Positions 44,815 through 54,963 are shown, counted from the stretch's first letter. The stretch: DNA of 55,926 bases from an uncultured SAR86 cluster bacterium (GCA_902514765.1 CABXSA010000004.1:1-55926), one strand, 5' to 3'. Numbers and translations: made by a program. The notes: a model not told the origin generated them from the letters alone.

Positions 44815-46920
44815 TTAAAAACTTCTAGAGTAGGAAATTCTTACATTTTGCGATTCTCCTACGGATACCTGATGATTTGAGTGAGAATGCGGATAATAAG
44901 TTTCATCACCTAAGTTCTCGATATTAATTCTCACAGCATCGTTTTCATTAGGAGTAATGCTCATAGACATGTCGAATCTTGTGTAGTCAGGTAGAAAAGG
45001 ACCACTAGCAGCATTTATAACAGACTCGTCTTGGTATGTTGCACCCAAACTTATTGAAAACATGTCGTTTGCTTGGTGGGTATACCATAATGAATAAGTC
45101 AGCTCAGGAACTTCTTTGGCTTTATCTCCAGTAGTATTTCTTACTGCATCAACTGATGCTAAACCAAATCGGATAGCATTTCTTTCATCAATGTCACCGT
45201 TTAATGTAATCTCAAAACCATCTATAGCTAGAGCTCTTGTCTCAGTTCCGCCAGTTCCATCCTCAGCTGCCTTGGTTTGTTCCATATCGAAATAACTTAC
45301 TGCTAGAGAAAGTCCAGAATCGGTATCGTATTTGAAACCTACTTCAGTATTTTCGAAAACGTCTGGATCAAATCTTTCGCCGCTAGTTCCAAATGTTTTA
45401 TATTGCTCACCAGAGCGAGGAATAAAACTTTCACTGTAACTTAAGTAAAGAGACATATTTTCTTGAGGCTTGTAAATGATTCCAAAACGAGGTGATATTG
45501 TTGAATCGTCTCTGCTTTTGGTAACGTCATTGCCGTTTACGGCTCCCATTCCTTCATTTGCACCAGATGTAGGTGTTGTTATTCCGTATTGTTTAACACT
45601 AATACTAACGTCGTCATATCTTGCTCCAAGGACCATTTTCCATTGATCAGCAAGATCTATGTTTCCTGTTAGATAAAAAGAAGTTACTTCAATATCTGTA
45701 TCTGATTTATTATTCAAATCAGAAGTGTAATCAACATAAGTTACATTACCTGCAGAATTTACATTGAAGTTCAAAGGCTTAGGTGTAGAGCCTGTTAAAG
45801 CAAATGTCTCGTTATCATCTTTGGTTGTTGACCAAAAAGTGTTGTAACGATAATTACTGTTCTCAGTTTCTAGAATTTCTAAACCTACAGCTAAAGTACC
45901 TCTTTCAAACTCGTTAACGTTACTTAAAGCTATAGCCAAAGTTTCTCTTAAGGTCATATCAAGATAACCGTCAAGAGTTACTACGCCTGCTGCGTAGTCA
46001 GAGGCATATAGATTTTTGTACATTTTATTAAAATCATTGGCAACAACACTCAAGTTAACTTTTCCGCTATCCGAGTAGTTATGGACAAGATTACCTTTAA
46101 GAATGTTTGCTTCAAGGGTAGTACTATTCAAGTCCAAAGTACCAATAACAAATCCATTAAGAGAGTCAATTGGGAAATTAGTACCTCCAGTTACATCGTC
46201 AGTTGGAATACCTCTATCAATAAATCTTTCATGATCTGCATATTCATAAGATAAATCTATTGTAGTTTCAGGATTTACCTGAAATCTCATTGTCGGATTT
46301 ACACCTACTCTGTCTCCATGGAACATATCTCTATGGTTGGCTAAAGAATCGGCATGGAAATTTAAACGGAAAGATATGGTATCTGAAACTTCTATATTCC
46401 CATCTAAAGCTACATCAGCACCTCCAAAAGAGTCTGCCCCTGTGTCTAATCTTCCAAAAGTTTCACCAATCTCTGCAGTTTTAGATACTCTGTTTATCAG
46501 ACCACCTGTTCCACCTCGACCAAATAGAAGTGCATTAGCACCTTTAATGATCTCAACTTGTTCAACATTATATAAAGATCTGTAATATTGGACATCGTCT
46601 CTAACTCCGTCTTGGTAAAAGTCTGCGGTAGACCTTACGCCCCTAAAAACAACCGCGTCTCTGTGTCCTTCTCCTTGAGAAGTATTCACGCCCGGCGTGT
46701 ATCTAATCAAATCGCCTATTTGTCTAAAGCCTTGGTTTCGAATGTCTTCATCAGTAATTACTGAAACTGACTGAGGAACGTCTAAAACCGGCATAGGAGG
46801 TTTAAGCGAATTAACTTGATCTTTAAAAAGAACCTTACCTTTTACTTCAAGTTCTTCATCCTGTGCAATGATTACAAAGCTAGTGATCACTAGAGCAATC
46901 ATATAAATAATTTTTTTCAT
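44815..46920 (-). CDS. TonB-dependent siderophore receptor (Fiu/PiuA-like)
   Basis: Signal peptide, plug motifs DVPQSVSVI, GEGHRD...FRG, EQVEIIKGANALLFGRG; C-terminal Phe; Fur boxes upstream. Confidence 0.92.
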   Translation of the reverse strand: MKKIIYMIALVITSFVIIAQDEELEVKGKVLFKDQVNSLKPPMPVLDVPQSVSVITDEDIRNQGFRQIGDLIRYTPGVNTSQGEGHRDAVVFRGVRSTADFYQDGVRDDVQYYRSLYNVEQVEIIKGANALLFGRGGTGGLINRVSKTAEIGETFGRLDTGADSFGGADVALDGNIEVSDTISFRLNFHADSLANHRDMFHGDRVGVNPTMRFQVNPETTIDLSYEYADHERFIDRGIPTDDVTGGTNFPIDSLNGFVIGTLDLNSTTLEANILKGNLVHNYSDSGKVNLSVVANDFNKMYKNLYASDYAAGVVTLDGYLDMTLRETLAIALSNVNEFERGTLAVGLEILETENSNYRYNTFWSTTKDDNETFALTGSTPKPLNFNVNSAGNVTYVDYTSDLNNKSDTDIEVTSFYLTGNIDLADQWKMVLGARYDDVSISVKQYGITTPTSGANEGMGAVNGNDVTKSRDDSTISPRFGIIYKPQENMSLYLSYSESFIPRSGEQYKTFGTSGERFDPDVFENTEVGFKYDTDSGLSLAVSYFDMEQTKAAEDGTGGTETRALAIDGFEITLNGDIDERNAIRFGLASVDAVRNTTGDKAKEVPELTYSLWYTHQANDMFSISLGATYQDESVINAASGPFLPDYTRFDMSMSITPNENDAVRINIENLGDETYYPHSHSNHQVSVGESQNVRISYSRSF

Positions 46921-46956
46921 AACGAAATGTTCTCCATCTAATAAGAATTACTCGCG

Positions 46957-47003
46957 AATGATAATGATTATCATTAGCCTTGTCAATGAGAATGATTATT
47001 ATT
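46957..47003 (-). promoter_or_regulatory. Tandem Fur boxes over the TonB receptor promoter
   Basis: AATGATAAT-G-ATTATCATT (46957-46975) and AATGAGAAT-G-ATTATTATT (46985-47003) overlap minus-strand TTGACA (46981-46986)-17 nt-TATCAT (46958-46963). Confidence 0.92.
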
Positions 47004-47026
47004 TGTATTCAGTTATATCTTAAGAA

Positions 47027-47692
47027 TTAAATAGTTAAATAATTAACTTTGCCTTCATTTAGTTCGATGATCTTATCGCACATTTCCTTTGCTTCATCTA
47101 GTTCATGAGTGACTAAGATACTTGAGGTATTTGTTTTTTTGAATAATTCCTTGCTTTCTTTTCTTAATTCTTCTCTAAGATCTTTATCTAGAGAACTGAA
47201 CGGCTCATCTAATAAAACAAGATCAGGTCCTGGAGCAATGGCTCTGGCAATTGCTACTCTTTGTTGCTGCCCTCCTGACAAAGAGTTTGGATAAGAGCTA
47301 GCAAATTGTTCTGCTTTTAAAAGTTTTAAATAACTTAGGGCTTTTGCATTTTTATCTTTATTTGATCCTTTTAAACCAAACTTAACATTCTCAAGGGCAG
47401 TTAAGTGAGGAAATAATACTTTTTCTTGAACTACCAATCCTATTCCTCTTTTGTTGGGAGGAACAAAAATATTGGTTGAACTCAAAACTGAGCCAAAATA
47501 GAAAATTTTTCCGGTTTTTGGTCTTTCTAAGCCTACAATTAATCTCAATAGAGAACTTTTGCCAATTCCAGAGGGCCCTAAAATTCCTAAAATTTCTCCT
47601 TCATTAAGACTAAAAGATATATTAGAGAAGATTTCCTTATCTTTCGTGTATTCAAAAGATAAAGAATTGACAGATAATATTTCTCTTTTCAT
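47027..47692 (-). CDS. Fe3+ ABC transporter ATP-binding subunit (FutC/FbpC-like, short)
   Basis: GPSGIGKS, LSGGQQQR, LLDEPF motifs; coupled to the permease. Confidence 0.88.
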   Translation of the reverse strand: MKREILSVNSLSFEYTKDKEIFSNISFSLNEGEILGILGPSGIGKSSLLRLIVGLERPKTGKIFYFGSVLSSTNIFVPPNKRGIGLVVQEKVLFPHLTALENVKFGLKGSNKDKNAKALSYLKLLKAEQFASSYPNSLSGGQQQRVAIARAIAPGPDLVLLDEPFSSLDKDLREELRKESKELFKKTNTSSILVTHELDEAKEMCDKIIELNEGKVNYLTI

Positions 47693-49320
47693 TTTGCTCC
47701 TGGTCTGGAATCTCTTATTATTCTTGAAAGAAAAAAAATAGGCACTAAGCCAATTAATACTATCAACATTGCAGGACTTGCGGCTTCATACATTTTTTCC
47801 TCTGCAGCGTAAATGTATGTTGTCACAGCCAAGGTATCAAAGTTGAACGGTCTAAGAATTAAAGTTGCAGGTAACTCCTTTATTATCTCTGAAACAACAA
47901 GAATTAAACTGGTAAGAATGCTAGTTTTCATAAGAGGTATATGGATTTTGAAAAAGATTTCTAATTTAGATTTTCTTAAAGTAACCGATACATCATCCAG
48001 AGAGTTACTGAGCCTGATGTAACCGGATTCAATTGTGTTGTTGGCTAATGCAAAGGATTTAATAATGTATGCCAAAATTAAACCTAAAATTGAACCTATA
48101 AGAATTACATTGAGAAAATAATTCAAAAAATTCTTATCTAAAAAAGAAAAGAACTCAATTATACCTACTGCTAAGACTAATCCGGGTAAAGCGTATCCTA
48201 GAGATAAAAACTGACTAGTGAATTTTAATAGATAGCCTCTGTCAAATCTTTTTAAAAAATTTATATACAAAGCAAAAAAGGTGCAAAAAATTGATGCAAT
48301 TATTCCTAAAAAAATTGTATTGAAAAAACTAATTAAAATATTTTTCGAAAAGAAATTTTCTGAAGGGTAAAAGATTGCCCAGTTTGTTAATTCAATGATC
48401 GGCAAAATAAATCCCACAAAAAGAGGTAAAAAACAAAATAAAAAAATAAAAAAATTTTTTATACCTCTAAGTTTTATTTGGTTTGTTTTTTTGAACGTCG
48501 AGCCTGAGTATGAATATGACATTTTATTTCTTTCATACCTTTCTAGAAATAGAAAAAAAGTTACAAAGATTAATAACATACTCGAAAGCTGCATAGCTGT
48601 ATTTAGGTCATACATTCCAAACCATGTTCGAAATATTCCTGTAGCTAAAGTTTGGACTGCAAAATGCTCAACAGCTCCAAAGTCGGAAAGTGTTTCCATT
48701 ATTACCAAAGCTAAGCCAGCTATGATGGCAGGCCTAACTAAAGGTATAGCTAACTTAAAGAACAAAGACCGATTACTTAAGCCTAAAAGCTTACCTGCCT
48801 CAATGAGGTTTCTTGATTGATTAAGAAGAGCCATTCTTGTTGTAAGGTAAACATATGGATACAGAGTAAAAGAAAAAACAATTATTGCACCATAAATATT
48901 CCTTACATTTGGAAAGAAAATGTAATTATTTTCTAAATTGAAAATTGTTCTAATCAGCTCGTTGGCAGATCCATAAGAGTCGAAAAGCCCGGTAAATGTA
49001 TAAGCTAAAATATATGGTGGAACTGCCAGTGGCAAAATTACAGCCCATTCAAGCCAGCTTTTAAAAGAGAAGTCATAATTAGTTATGCACCAAGCTGTTC
49101 CCACCCCTAATACCAAAGACAAAAGAGATACGCCTATTATTAAATATATGGAATTTAAAATGTAATTTGGAAGAACATAATTTATTAAGTGATTCCAATT
49201 ATCTCCAAATTCACCAAATAGACTTAAAAGAATAAAAATTAAAGGCATTAAGAAAAGAAATAAAAAGATAAGAGGAATTGATTTCCAAAAAAAATCTAAA
49301 AGATAACTTTTAATTACCAT
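47689..49320 (-). CDS. Fe3+ ABC transporter permease (FutB/FbpB-like)
   Basis: Two BPD permease repeats; YPYVYL, METLSDFG, KELPATLILRPFNFDTLA motifs. Confidence 0.92.
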   Translation of the reverse strand: MVIKSYLLDFFWKSIPLIFLFLFLMPLIFILLSLFGEFGDNWNHLINYVLPNYILNSIYLIIGVSLLSLVLGVGTAWCITNYDFSFKSWLEWAVILPLAVPPYILAYTFTGLFDSYGSANELIRTIFNLENNYIFFPNVRNIYGAIIVFSFTLYPYVYLTTRMALLNQSRNLIEAGKLLGLSNRSLFFKLAIPLVRPAIIAGLALVIMETLSDFGAVEHFAVQTLATGIFRTWFGMYDLNTAMQLSSMLLIFVTFFLFLERYERNKMSYSYSGSTFKKTNQIKLRGIKNFFIFLFCFLPLFVGFILPIIELTNWAIFYPSENFFSKNILISFFNTIFLGIIASIFCTFFALYINFLKRFDRGYLLKFTSQFLSLGYALPGLVLAVGIIEFFSFLDKNFLNYFLNVILIGSILGLILAYIIKSFALANNTIESGYIRLSNSLDDVSVTLRKSKLEIFFKIHIPLMKTSILTSLILVVSEIIKELPATLILRPFNFDTLAVTTYIYAAEEKMYEAASPAMLIVLIGLVPIFFLSRIIRDSRPGAK

Positions 49321-49364
49321 TAATGTATTTTGAAGACTTGTTAGAAAAATTCAAAAAGAATTTG

Positions 49365-50396
49365 CTATTGCCATCCAACTCTATCCATCAATTTTATTGC
49401 AGCGGAATTGAATTTCCCAAATTCTGACACAACTGATGAATCTTCTTTAAAATTGATTCCAAACTGCATCATGATTTCGTTAGGCTTAACATTGCGGTTG
49501 ATGGGATATTCAAAAGTATTATTCACAAGATGTCTTTGTGCTTTTTCTGAAAGCATGAACTCTAAGAATTTAATTGCATTATCATAATTTTGTGAAGATT
49601 TTAGAATTCCTGCCCCACTTATATTTATGTGTGCACCATACTTATTTTGAGAAGGAAAAAGAATACTTACCTTTTTCCCTGCACTTAACTGTTTATCACC
49701 TTTCTTGCCTGAAAGCATTAACCCGAGATAATAACTATTTGCTATGGCTAAATCTGCCTCTTTATTAGCCACTGCTATAATCTGAGCTCTGTCATTTCCT
49801 TGAGGTTTTCTGGAAAAGTTACTTACCAACCCTTTTGCCCAATTTTCCGTATAGTTTTCTCCATATTTAGCTATTAACGAAGCAACTAAAGATTGGTTAT
49901 AGAGATTATTAGAGCTTCTTATAGCTATTTTATTTCTCCATTTAGAAGAACTAAGATCTTCATAATTTAAATTTTTTAGATCCTCGAAGTCATACTTATC
50001 TTTATTGAAAAATATGACTCTTGCTCTTTTAGCCAACGCTATCCATTTGTTATTTTCCCCTCTAAGATTTTTTGGAACGATTTGATTTACTTTTTTAGAT
50101 TCAATTTTTGTAAACAGTTGATAATCTTGAACTTTCCAAAGATTACCTGCATCAACGGTTATAAAGATATCGGCTGGAGAATTTTTCCCTTCAGATCTTA
50201 TTCTCTCAATAAGTGCCTTACTCTTACCTGAAACGATGTTTACCTTGATGCCGGTTGAATTTGTAAAAATTTTATATAGCTCAATGTCTGAATCATAATG
50301 CCTAGAGGTATAGATATTAACCTCAGAAGGAAATACAAAGTTTGTAAAAATCGTTAACGATAGAAAAAAGGCAAGTTGTTTAATAATTTTTGGCAT
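49365..50396 (-). CDS. Fe3+ ABC transporter substrate-binding protein (FutA-like)
   Basis: YTSRHY, SPAD, YNQSL, ANSYY iron-ligand motifs; start moved to ATG 50396. Confidence 0.92.
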   Translation of the reverse strand: MPKIIKQLAFFLSLTIFTNFVFPSEVNIYTSRHYDSDIELYKIFTNSTGIKVNIVSGKSKALIERIRSEGKNSPADIFITVDAGNLWKVQDYQLFTKIESKKVNQIVPKNLRGENNKWIALAKRARVIFFNKDKYDFEDLKNLNYEDLSSSKWRNKIAIRSSNNLYNQSLVASLIAKYGENYTENWAKGLVSNFSRKPQGNDRAQIIAVANKEADLAIANSYYLGLMLSGKKGDKQLSAGKKVSILFPSQNKYGAHINISGAGILKSSQNYDNAIKFLEFMLSEKAQRHLVNNTFEYPINRNVKPNEIMMQFGINFKEDSSVVSEFGKFNSAAIKLMDRVGWQ

Positions 50397-50419
50397 ATAA
50401 CTAATAATAATGGAATTCA

Positions 50420-50438
50420 AATGATAATCATTCTCATT
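50420..50438. promoter_or_regulatory. Fur box upstream of the fut operon
   Basis: AATGATAAT-C-ATTCTCATT; overlaps minus-strand TTGAAA-16-TATCAT. Confidence 0.9.
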
Positions 50439-50555
50439 GATATTTCAAGTTCTATTCTCCTTAATATAATTGTTTTTTTTCTCCCAAAAACTCGACTTGA
50501 GGAACTGATATAGGTTAGTATTCACATATAAATTTATTATCTCAGGGGGGGTAAA

Positions 50556-53500
50556 ATGTATAAAAAACTATTGCTTGCGGGAGCTATTTTCTCGCTTTTC
50601 TCTGGTTTGAGCCTGGCTCAGGACGAGGAAGTAACAGTGATAGGTTCCTTGATTAAAGGCACACCTATCGACTCAGGATCTCCCATATCAACTTTCGATG
50701 CGGAATCTATTTCTGCTCAAGGAAATCTTAACATCGTAGAACTCGTTAAGATGGTTCCTGGAAGTTCAGGTATGGATGGAGAAACAAACCAATTTGGTTC
50801 CAATGCTGCTGAAGGAGTTTCGAACATAAATCTAAGAGGTTTAGGTACGCAAAGAACTTTAGTGTTAATTAACGGTAAAAGACAAGTAACTGTTCCCATT
50901 AGAAGTGGAGCTGGAAGATCTGTTAACCTGCATGACTTGCCAATGGGTGCTCTTAGTAGAATAGAAATTCTAAAAGAGGGTGCTGCCGCGACTTATGGTT
51001 CTGATGCTATATCAGGTGTGGTTAATTTCATTACAGATTCTACTTTTGAAGGTTTAAGAGTGAACTTGGCAGCTAAAGGAATTCCTAATGCTGTTGATGA
51101 AGGTAGAGAATTCTCAATTACTTATGGAACGCTTATTGGAGATACTAATTTCTTGATGTCTTTAAGTCATCAATACAAACCTGAATTAGCTGCTAGAGAT
51201 ACAGATTACGCTATCAAGCCTTATTCTGCTAATGACAAAGGTGGTTGGTCTACTATGGGTAACCCGCCTACTTTTGTATCGCCAGGTGGTGCGCCTGCTA
51301 ACGCTTCTTTAGGTCTTGGTGGATATTCACTATTAGCTGACCCAGGTTGTAACAATGCAGGTGGTCTTAACACTTCACTTGCTGCCGTTGCAGGTGGTGT
51401 CTTAGGAACACAAGTTGCAGCTGGTCGTGAATACGGTGGTATTTGTAGATACCAATACACCTGGTTTGATAACGTCCAAGAAGAACAAGATAACTCACAG
51501 CTTTGGATGGAATTCAATGGTGATGTTGACGGTCATGATTTCCACGTAGAATTTGCTTATGGTAAAACTGATGTACCTAATTGGGCTACTTCACCTTCTT
51601 ACCCGCCAAACAATCCTACTTCTAACACCATGCCTGACTTCAATCCAGGAATGGTTCAGTTGTGTGCTGACTACGCAGATTTCTGTAACGATTTGAAAGA
51701 CGCTAATTACGGCGGTGATGGCACAAACAGATCGCCTTACCATCAATTGAGAACTAGAGCATTGGCTGCTGCGGGTAATCCAAACGGAAACTTCAGAGGA
51801 GCTGAAATAGAGTCTAGAGAATATGATACTTTTAGATTTGCATTTAATTTTGAAGGTGCTCTTTCGGACACTATTGATTATTCAACTAGCTTGAATTACT
51901 CAACTAGTGAAGGTTTATTAACTTCTTCAGATACTCAGCAAGGTAAATTCTTAGCTGCCCTATGGGGATATGGTGGACCTAATTGTGATGCGGAAATTAC
52001 TGCTCTTACAACTAGTGCTACTGATTTAACACCTCAATTTAAGGTTAAATCAACTGGAGCTGCTATAGCTGCTAATACTGTAAAAGCTGCATCTAGACCA
52101 ACAGGATGTTTGTATTTCAACCCAACATCTAACGCTATTGCTCAGGGAAATCAGCCTGATCAAACAACAGGCCAAAGAGTTGCTGTAAACCCAGATTACA
52201 ATGCTGCTACTGCAAATGATCCTGCGTTGATTAGATCGTTAATCGATAAAAGACACACTAAGTCAACTTCAGAATTACTAACTCTTGACTTCATCGTACA
52301 AGGTACTATGGGTGCTTTAGCTGGAGGAGACGCAGCGTGGGCTCTTGGTTATGAGCGTCGTGATTACAACATCGAAACAACCTTGCCTGCACTTCAAGTT
52401 CTTCCTACTGGAAACTCAATGACGAATATTCACGACGGAAGTTTATATCCGTGTGATATTCCTCAAAACAATGAAACAGAATCTGGCAGAGCTGCTTGTG
52501 CTTCTAACCCTGTGGGATTATTCATGTTCTTGGCGCCAACTTTCCCAGAAAATAATGACCAAACTGTTGATTCATTATTTACGGAATTTGCGTTACCAAT
52601 AACTGATTCCTTTGACATGCAATTGGCTCTTCGTTATGAGGATTATGGCTCTAAAGATTCAATAGATCCTAAACTTGTGATGAGATGGATGCCTATGGAT
52701 TCATTAACTTTGAGATTTACTGGACAAACTACTTTTAGAGCAGCTCATCCTGATGAGACTTCTGCAACAAGAGTAACTGCACTGCAATATGTTAACCAAG
52801 CAGGTGCCTTTAAAGCAGTTGATATTTCTGGAAACACTAATCTTGAACCAGAGCAAGCAACTACTTACAACTTTGGTTTCATTACCAATTTTGGTACCGA
52901 TAACTGGACTGCTACATTAGACTTTTATGAATTTGATTTTGATAACCCAATTATCATTGAGAATCATCAACAGCTAATGGATGCCTATGCGTCTGGCGGA
53001 GCTGCTAAAGCTGCCGTTCAAAGTCAGATTTATAGTGGAACGCCTCTTGTCAACGACGGTTCTTTTGGAGCTGGTGCTGTTGGAAGAATTGCTGCAAATT
53101 TTGTAAATGGACCAAGAACAGTTACTAATGGAGTTGACCTATTCGTTGAGTATGAGACTGACTATGCAGATGGTGTGATTACTTCTGGTCTAGAAGCAAA
53201 TTACGTAGCTAAGTACAGTGTAGACGCATACTCTAAAGGTGGAGTTCAAGTTGCTGCTGCTTACGAATGTGATGGTTTCTTCAACATAAACAATCCTTGC
53301 CGACCTATTCCTACGATGAAAGGTAAGGCATTTGTTAATTACAAAACCGATGTTCACAATTTCTATGGTGCAGTGAATTATATTTCTGCTTACGACGACA
53401 GAAGGTCTAGTAGAGAAATCAACGCTCACACTACTGTAGATGCAACTTACACGTATACTTGGGATGACGCTTTTGATATCTCTTTATCAGTTTATAACTT

Positions 53501-53609
53501 AACTGACGAACAGCCCCCTTTCACTGTTTGGGAAATGAACTATGATGCATATACTCATAGTCCTTTAGGAAGATTTTTCAAAGCTGGATTCACTTATCGT
53601 ATGCAATAA
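50556..53609 (+). CDS. Large TonB-dependent receptor, substrate unknown
   Basis: Signal peptide, EEVTVIGS TonB box, NLRGLG...RTLVLINGKR, RIEILKEGAAATYGSDA plug; barrel with Cys-containing loops. Confidence 0.93.
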   Translation: MYKKLLLAGAIFSLFSGLSLAQDEEVTVIGSLIKGTPIDSGSPISTFDAESISAQGNLNIVELVKMVPGSSGMDGETNQFGSNAAEGVSNINLRGLGTQRTLVLINGKRQVTVPIRSGAGRSVNLHDLPMGALSRIEILKEGAAATYGSDAISGVVNFITDSTFEGLRVNLAAKGIPNAVDEGREFSITYGTLIGDTNFLMSLSHQYKPELAARDTDYAIKPYSANDKGGWSTMGNPPTFVSPGGAPANASLGLGGYSLLADPGCNNAGGLNTSLAAVAGGVLGTQVAAGREYGGICRYQYTWFDNVQEEQDNSQLWMEFNGDVDGHDFHVEFAYGKTDVPNWATSPSYPPNNPTSNTMPDFNPGMVQLCADYADFCNDLKDANYGGDGTNRSPYHQLRTRALAAAGNPNGNFRGAEIESREYDTFRFAFNFEGALSDTIDYSTSLNYSTSEGLLTSSDTQQGKFLAALWGYGGPNCDAEITALTTSATDLTPQFKVKSTGAAIAANTVKAASRPTGCLYFNPTSNAIAQGNQPDQTTGQRVAVNPDYNAATANDPALIRSLIDKRHTKSTSELLTLDFIVQGTMGALAGGDAAWALGYERRDYNIETTLPALQVLPTGNSMTNIHDGSLYPCDIPQNNETESGRAACASNPVGLFMFLAPTFPENNDQTVDSLFTEFALPITDSFDMQLALRYEDYGSKDSIDPKLVMRWMPMDSLTLRFTGQTTFRAAHPDETSATRVTALQYVNQAGAFKAVDISGNTNLEPEQATTYNFGFITNFGTDNWTATLDFYEFDFDNPIIIENHQQLMDAYASGGAAKAAVQSQIYSGTPLVNDGSFGAGAVGRIAANFVNGPRTVTNGVDLFVEYETDYADGVITSGLEANYVAKYSVDAYSKGGVQVAAAYECDGFFNINNPCRPIPTMKGKAFVNYKTDVHNFYGAVNYISAYDDRRSSREINAHTTVDATYTYTWDDAFDISLSVYNLTDEQPPFTVWEMNYDAYTHSPLGRFFKAGFTYRMQ

Positions 53610-53622
53610 GTTTTAATAACTT

Positions 53623-53656
53623 AAAAAAAAGGCCTCTTTTTAAGAGGCCTTTTTTT
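53623..53656. terminator. Bidirectional intrinsic terminator
   Basis: A8-GGCCTCTT-TTT-AAGAGGCC-T7. Confidence 0.92.
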
Positions 53657-53667
53657 ATGAGTGATTC

Positions 53668-54300
53668 TTAAGGATTTTCAATTATTTTTGCTAGAGATTT
53701 TTGAACTTCTGAGGCGATAAGACTTTGTGCTTTTTGATTTGGATGAATACCATCCAGTTGCATGAGACTTTTATTGAGCGCAATATTTTGAAGCATAAAT
53801 TCGACCATCGGAACATCTTGCTCGATAGATAATTCCTGATAAATTTTTTCGAAAGCCTCAACGTATCTCTTTCCATAATTGGGTGGAATTCTGATTTGCA
53901 TCAATATTGGTAATGAACCATTTTTTTTAATAAGTTCGATAGTAGTCGATAAATTTTTTTTTATTGAGTCTATTGGATAACCTCTTAGCGCGTCATTCCC
54001 TCCTAACTCAATTAAAATATGAGAAGGATTAAATAAAGATAGATCTCTTTTTATTCTCCCTAAACCACCGATGGTCGTATCTCCTGAAACGCTGGAATTA
54101 ATTATATTTATATCAAGATCTCTCGCAGCGTAATTTTTTTGTAGAAGCGTTACCCAATTATCTGCCTCTTTAATACCATAGCCTGCTGAAATACTATCTC
54201 CTAAAATCAAAAGCGTCTTTGATTGCGCAGTGATAGAATAAGAAACAAGCAAAATAAAAATCAGTATTAGTTTTAATCCGTATTTTTCTAAAAAATTCAT
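53668..54300 (-). CDS. tesA: SGNH arylesterase / acyl-CoA thioesterase I
   Basis: Signal peptide; GDSIS, SGDTT, ELGGND, DGIHP motifs. Confidence 0.93.
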   Translation of the reverse strand: MNFLEKYGLKLILIFILLVSYSITAQSKTLLILGDSISAGYGIKEADNWVTLLQKNYAARDLDINIINSSVSGDTTIGGLGRIKRDLSLFNPSHILIELGGNDALRGYPIDSIKKNLSTTIELIKKNGSLPILMQIRIPPNYGKRYVEAFEKIYQELSIEQDVPMVEFMLQNIALNKSLMQLDGIHPNQKAQSLIASEVQKSLAKIIENP

Positions 54301-54303
54301 TTG

Positions 54304-54963
54304 ATGATTATAGAAGCAAGAAATTTGTCAAAAAAAGTTATTTTCAATGATGAAGAAATAGTTATTCTAGATGATATCAATTTAAAAGTAAGTGCTTCTT
54401 CCTCATTAGCAGTCGTTGGTCCATCTGGATCAGGTAAATCAACTTTGCTAGGAATATTAGCGGGTTTAGATTCTCCATCATCTGGAGAGATATTTATCAA
54501 TCAAAAACCTCTGCATAACTTACCTGAAGAAGCTAGAGCAAAGATAAGAAAAGATTCAGTTGCTTTTGTTTTTCAAAATTTTGAACTTTTATCAGGACTT
54601 AATGCTCTTGAAAATGTCATGCTTCCCTTGGAACTTAAGAATAAAAGAGACGCAAAAGAAATAGCTCTGAATTATCTTAATAAAGTTGGTATGGAAAATC
54701 GTCTCATGCATTACCCTCAACAACTTTCTGGTGGAGAACAACAAAGAGTTGCTATTGCTAGAGCTTTCGCTTGCGAAGCTGAAGTTTTGTTTTGCGATGA
54801 GCCGACAGGAAATTTAGATTCCAGCAATAGTGAACTTATAGCCAATCTTATTTTTGACGCCTTTCAGCAATCTTCTAGCGCTTTAATCATCGTTACACAT
54901 GATCTCGCCCTTGCAAATAGATGCGATCAAAAAATAGAACTTATTGATGGGAAAATTCTATGA
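54304..54963 (+). CDS. ybbA: ABC transporter ATP-binding protein (YbbA-like)
   Basis: GPSGSGKST, LSGGEQQR, DEPTGNLD motifs; divergent from tesA. Confidence 0.85.
   Translation: MIIEARNLSKKVIFNDEEIVILDDINLKVSASSSLAVVGPSGSGKSTLLGILAGLDSPSSGEIFINQKPLHNLPEEARAKIRKDSVAFVFQNFELLSGLNALENVMLPLELKNKRDAKEIALNYLNKVGMENRLMHYPQQLSGGEQQRVAIARAFACEAEVLFCDEPTGNLDSSNSELIANLIFDAFQQSSSALIIVTHDLALANRCDQKIELIDGKIL

Noticed and set aside
50440-50555. Cobalamin riboswitch before the large TonB receptor
   Set aside because: No B12-box or GC-rich aptamer, and the region is too short.
54290-54310. tesA and ybbA head-to-head with no spacer
   Set aside because: The same tight divergent arrangement is known in E. coli; only the leaderless aspect is reported.
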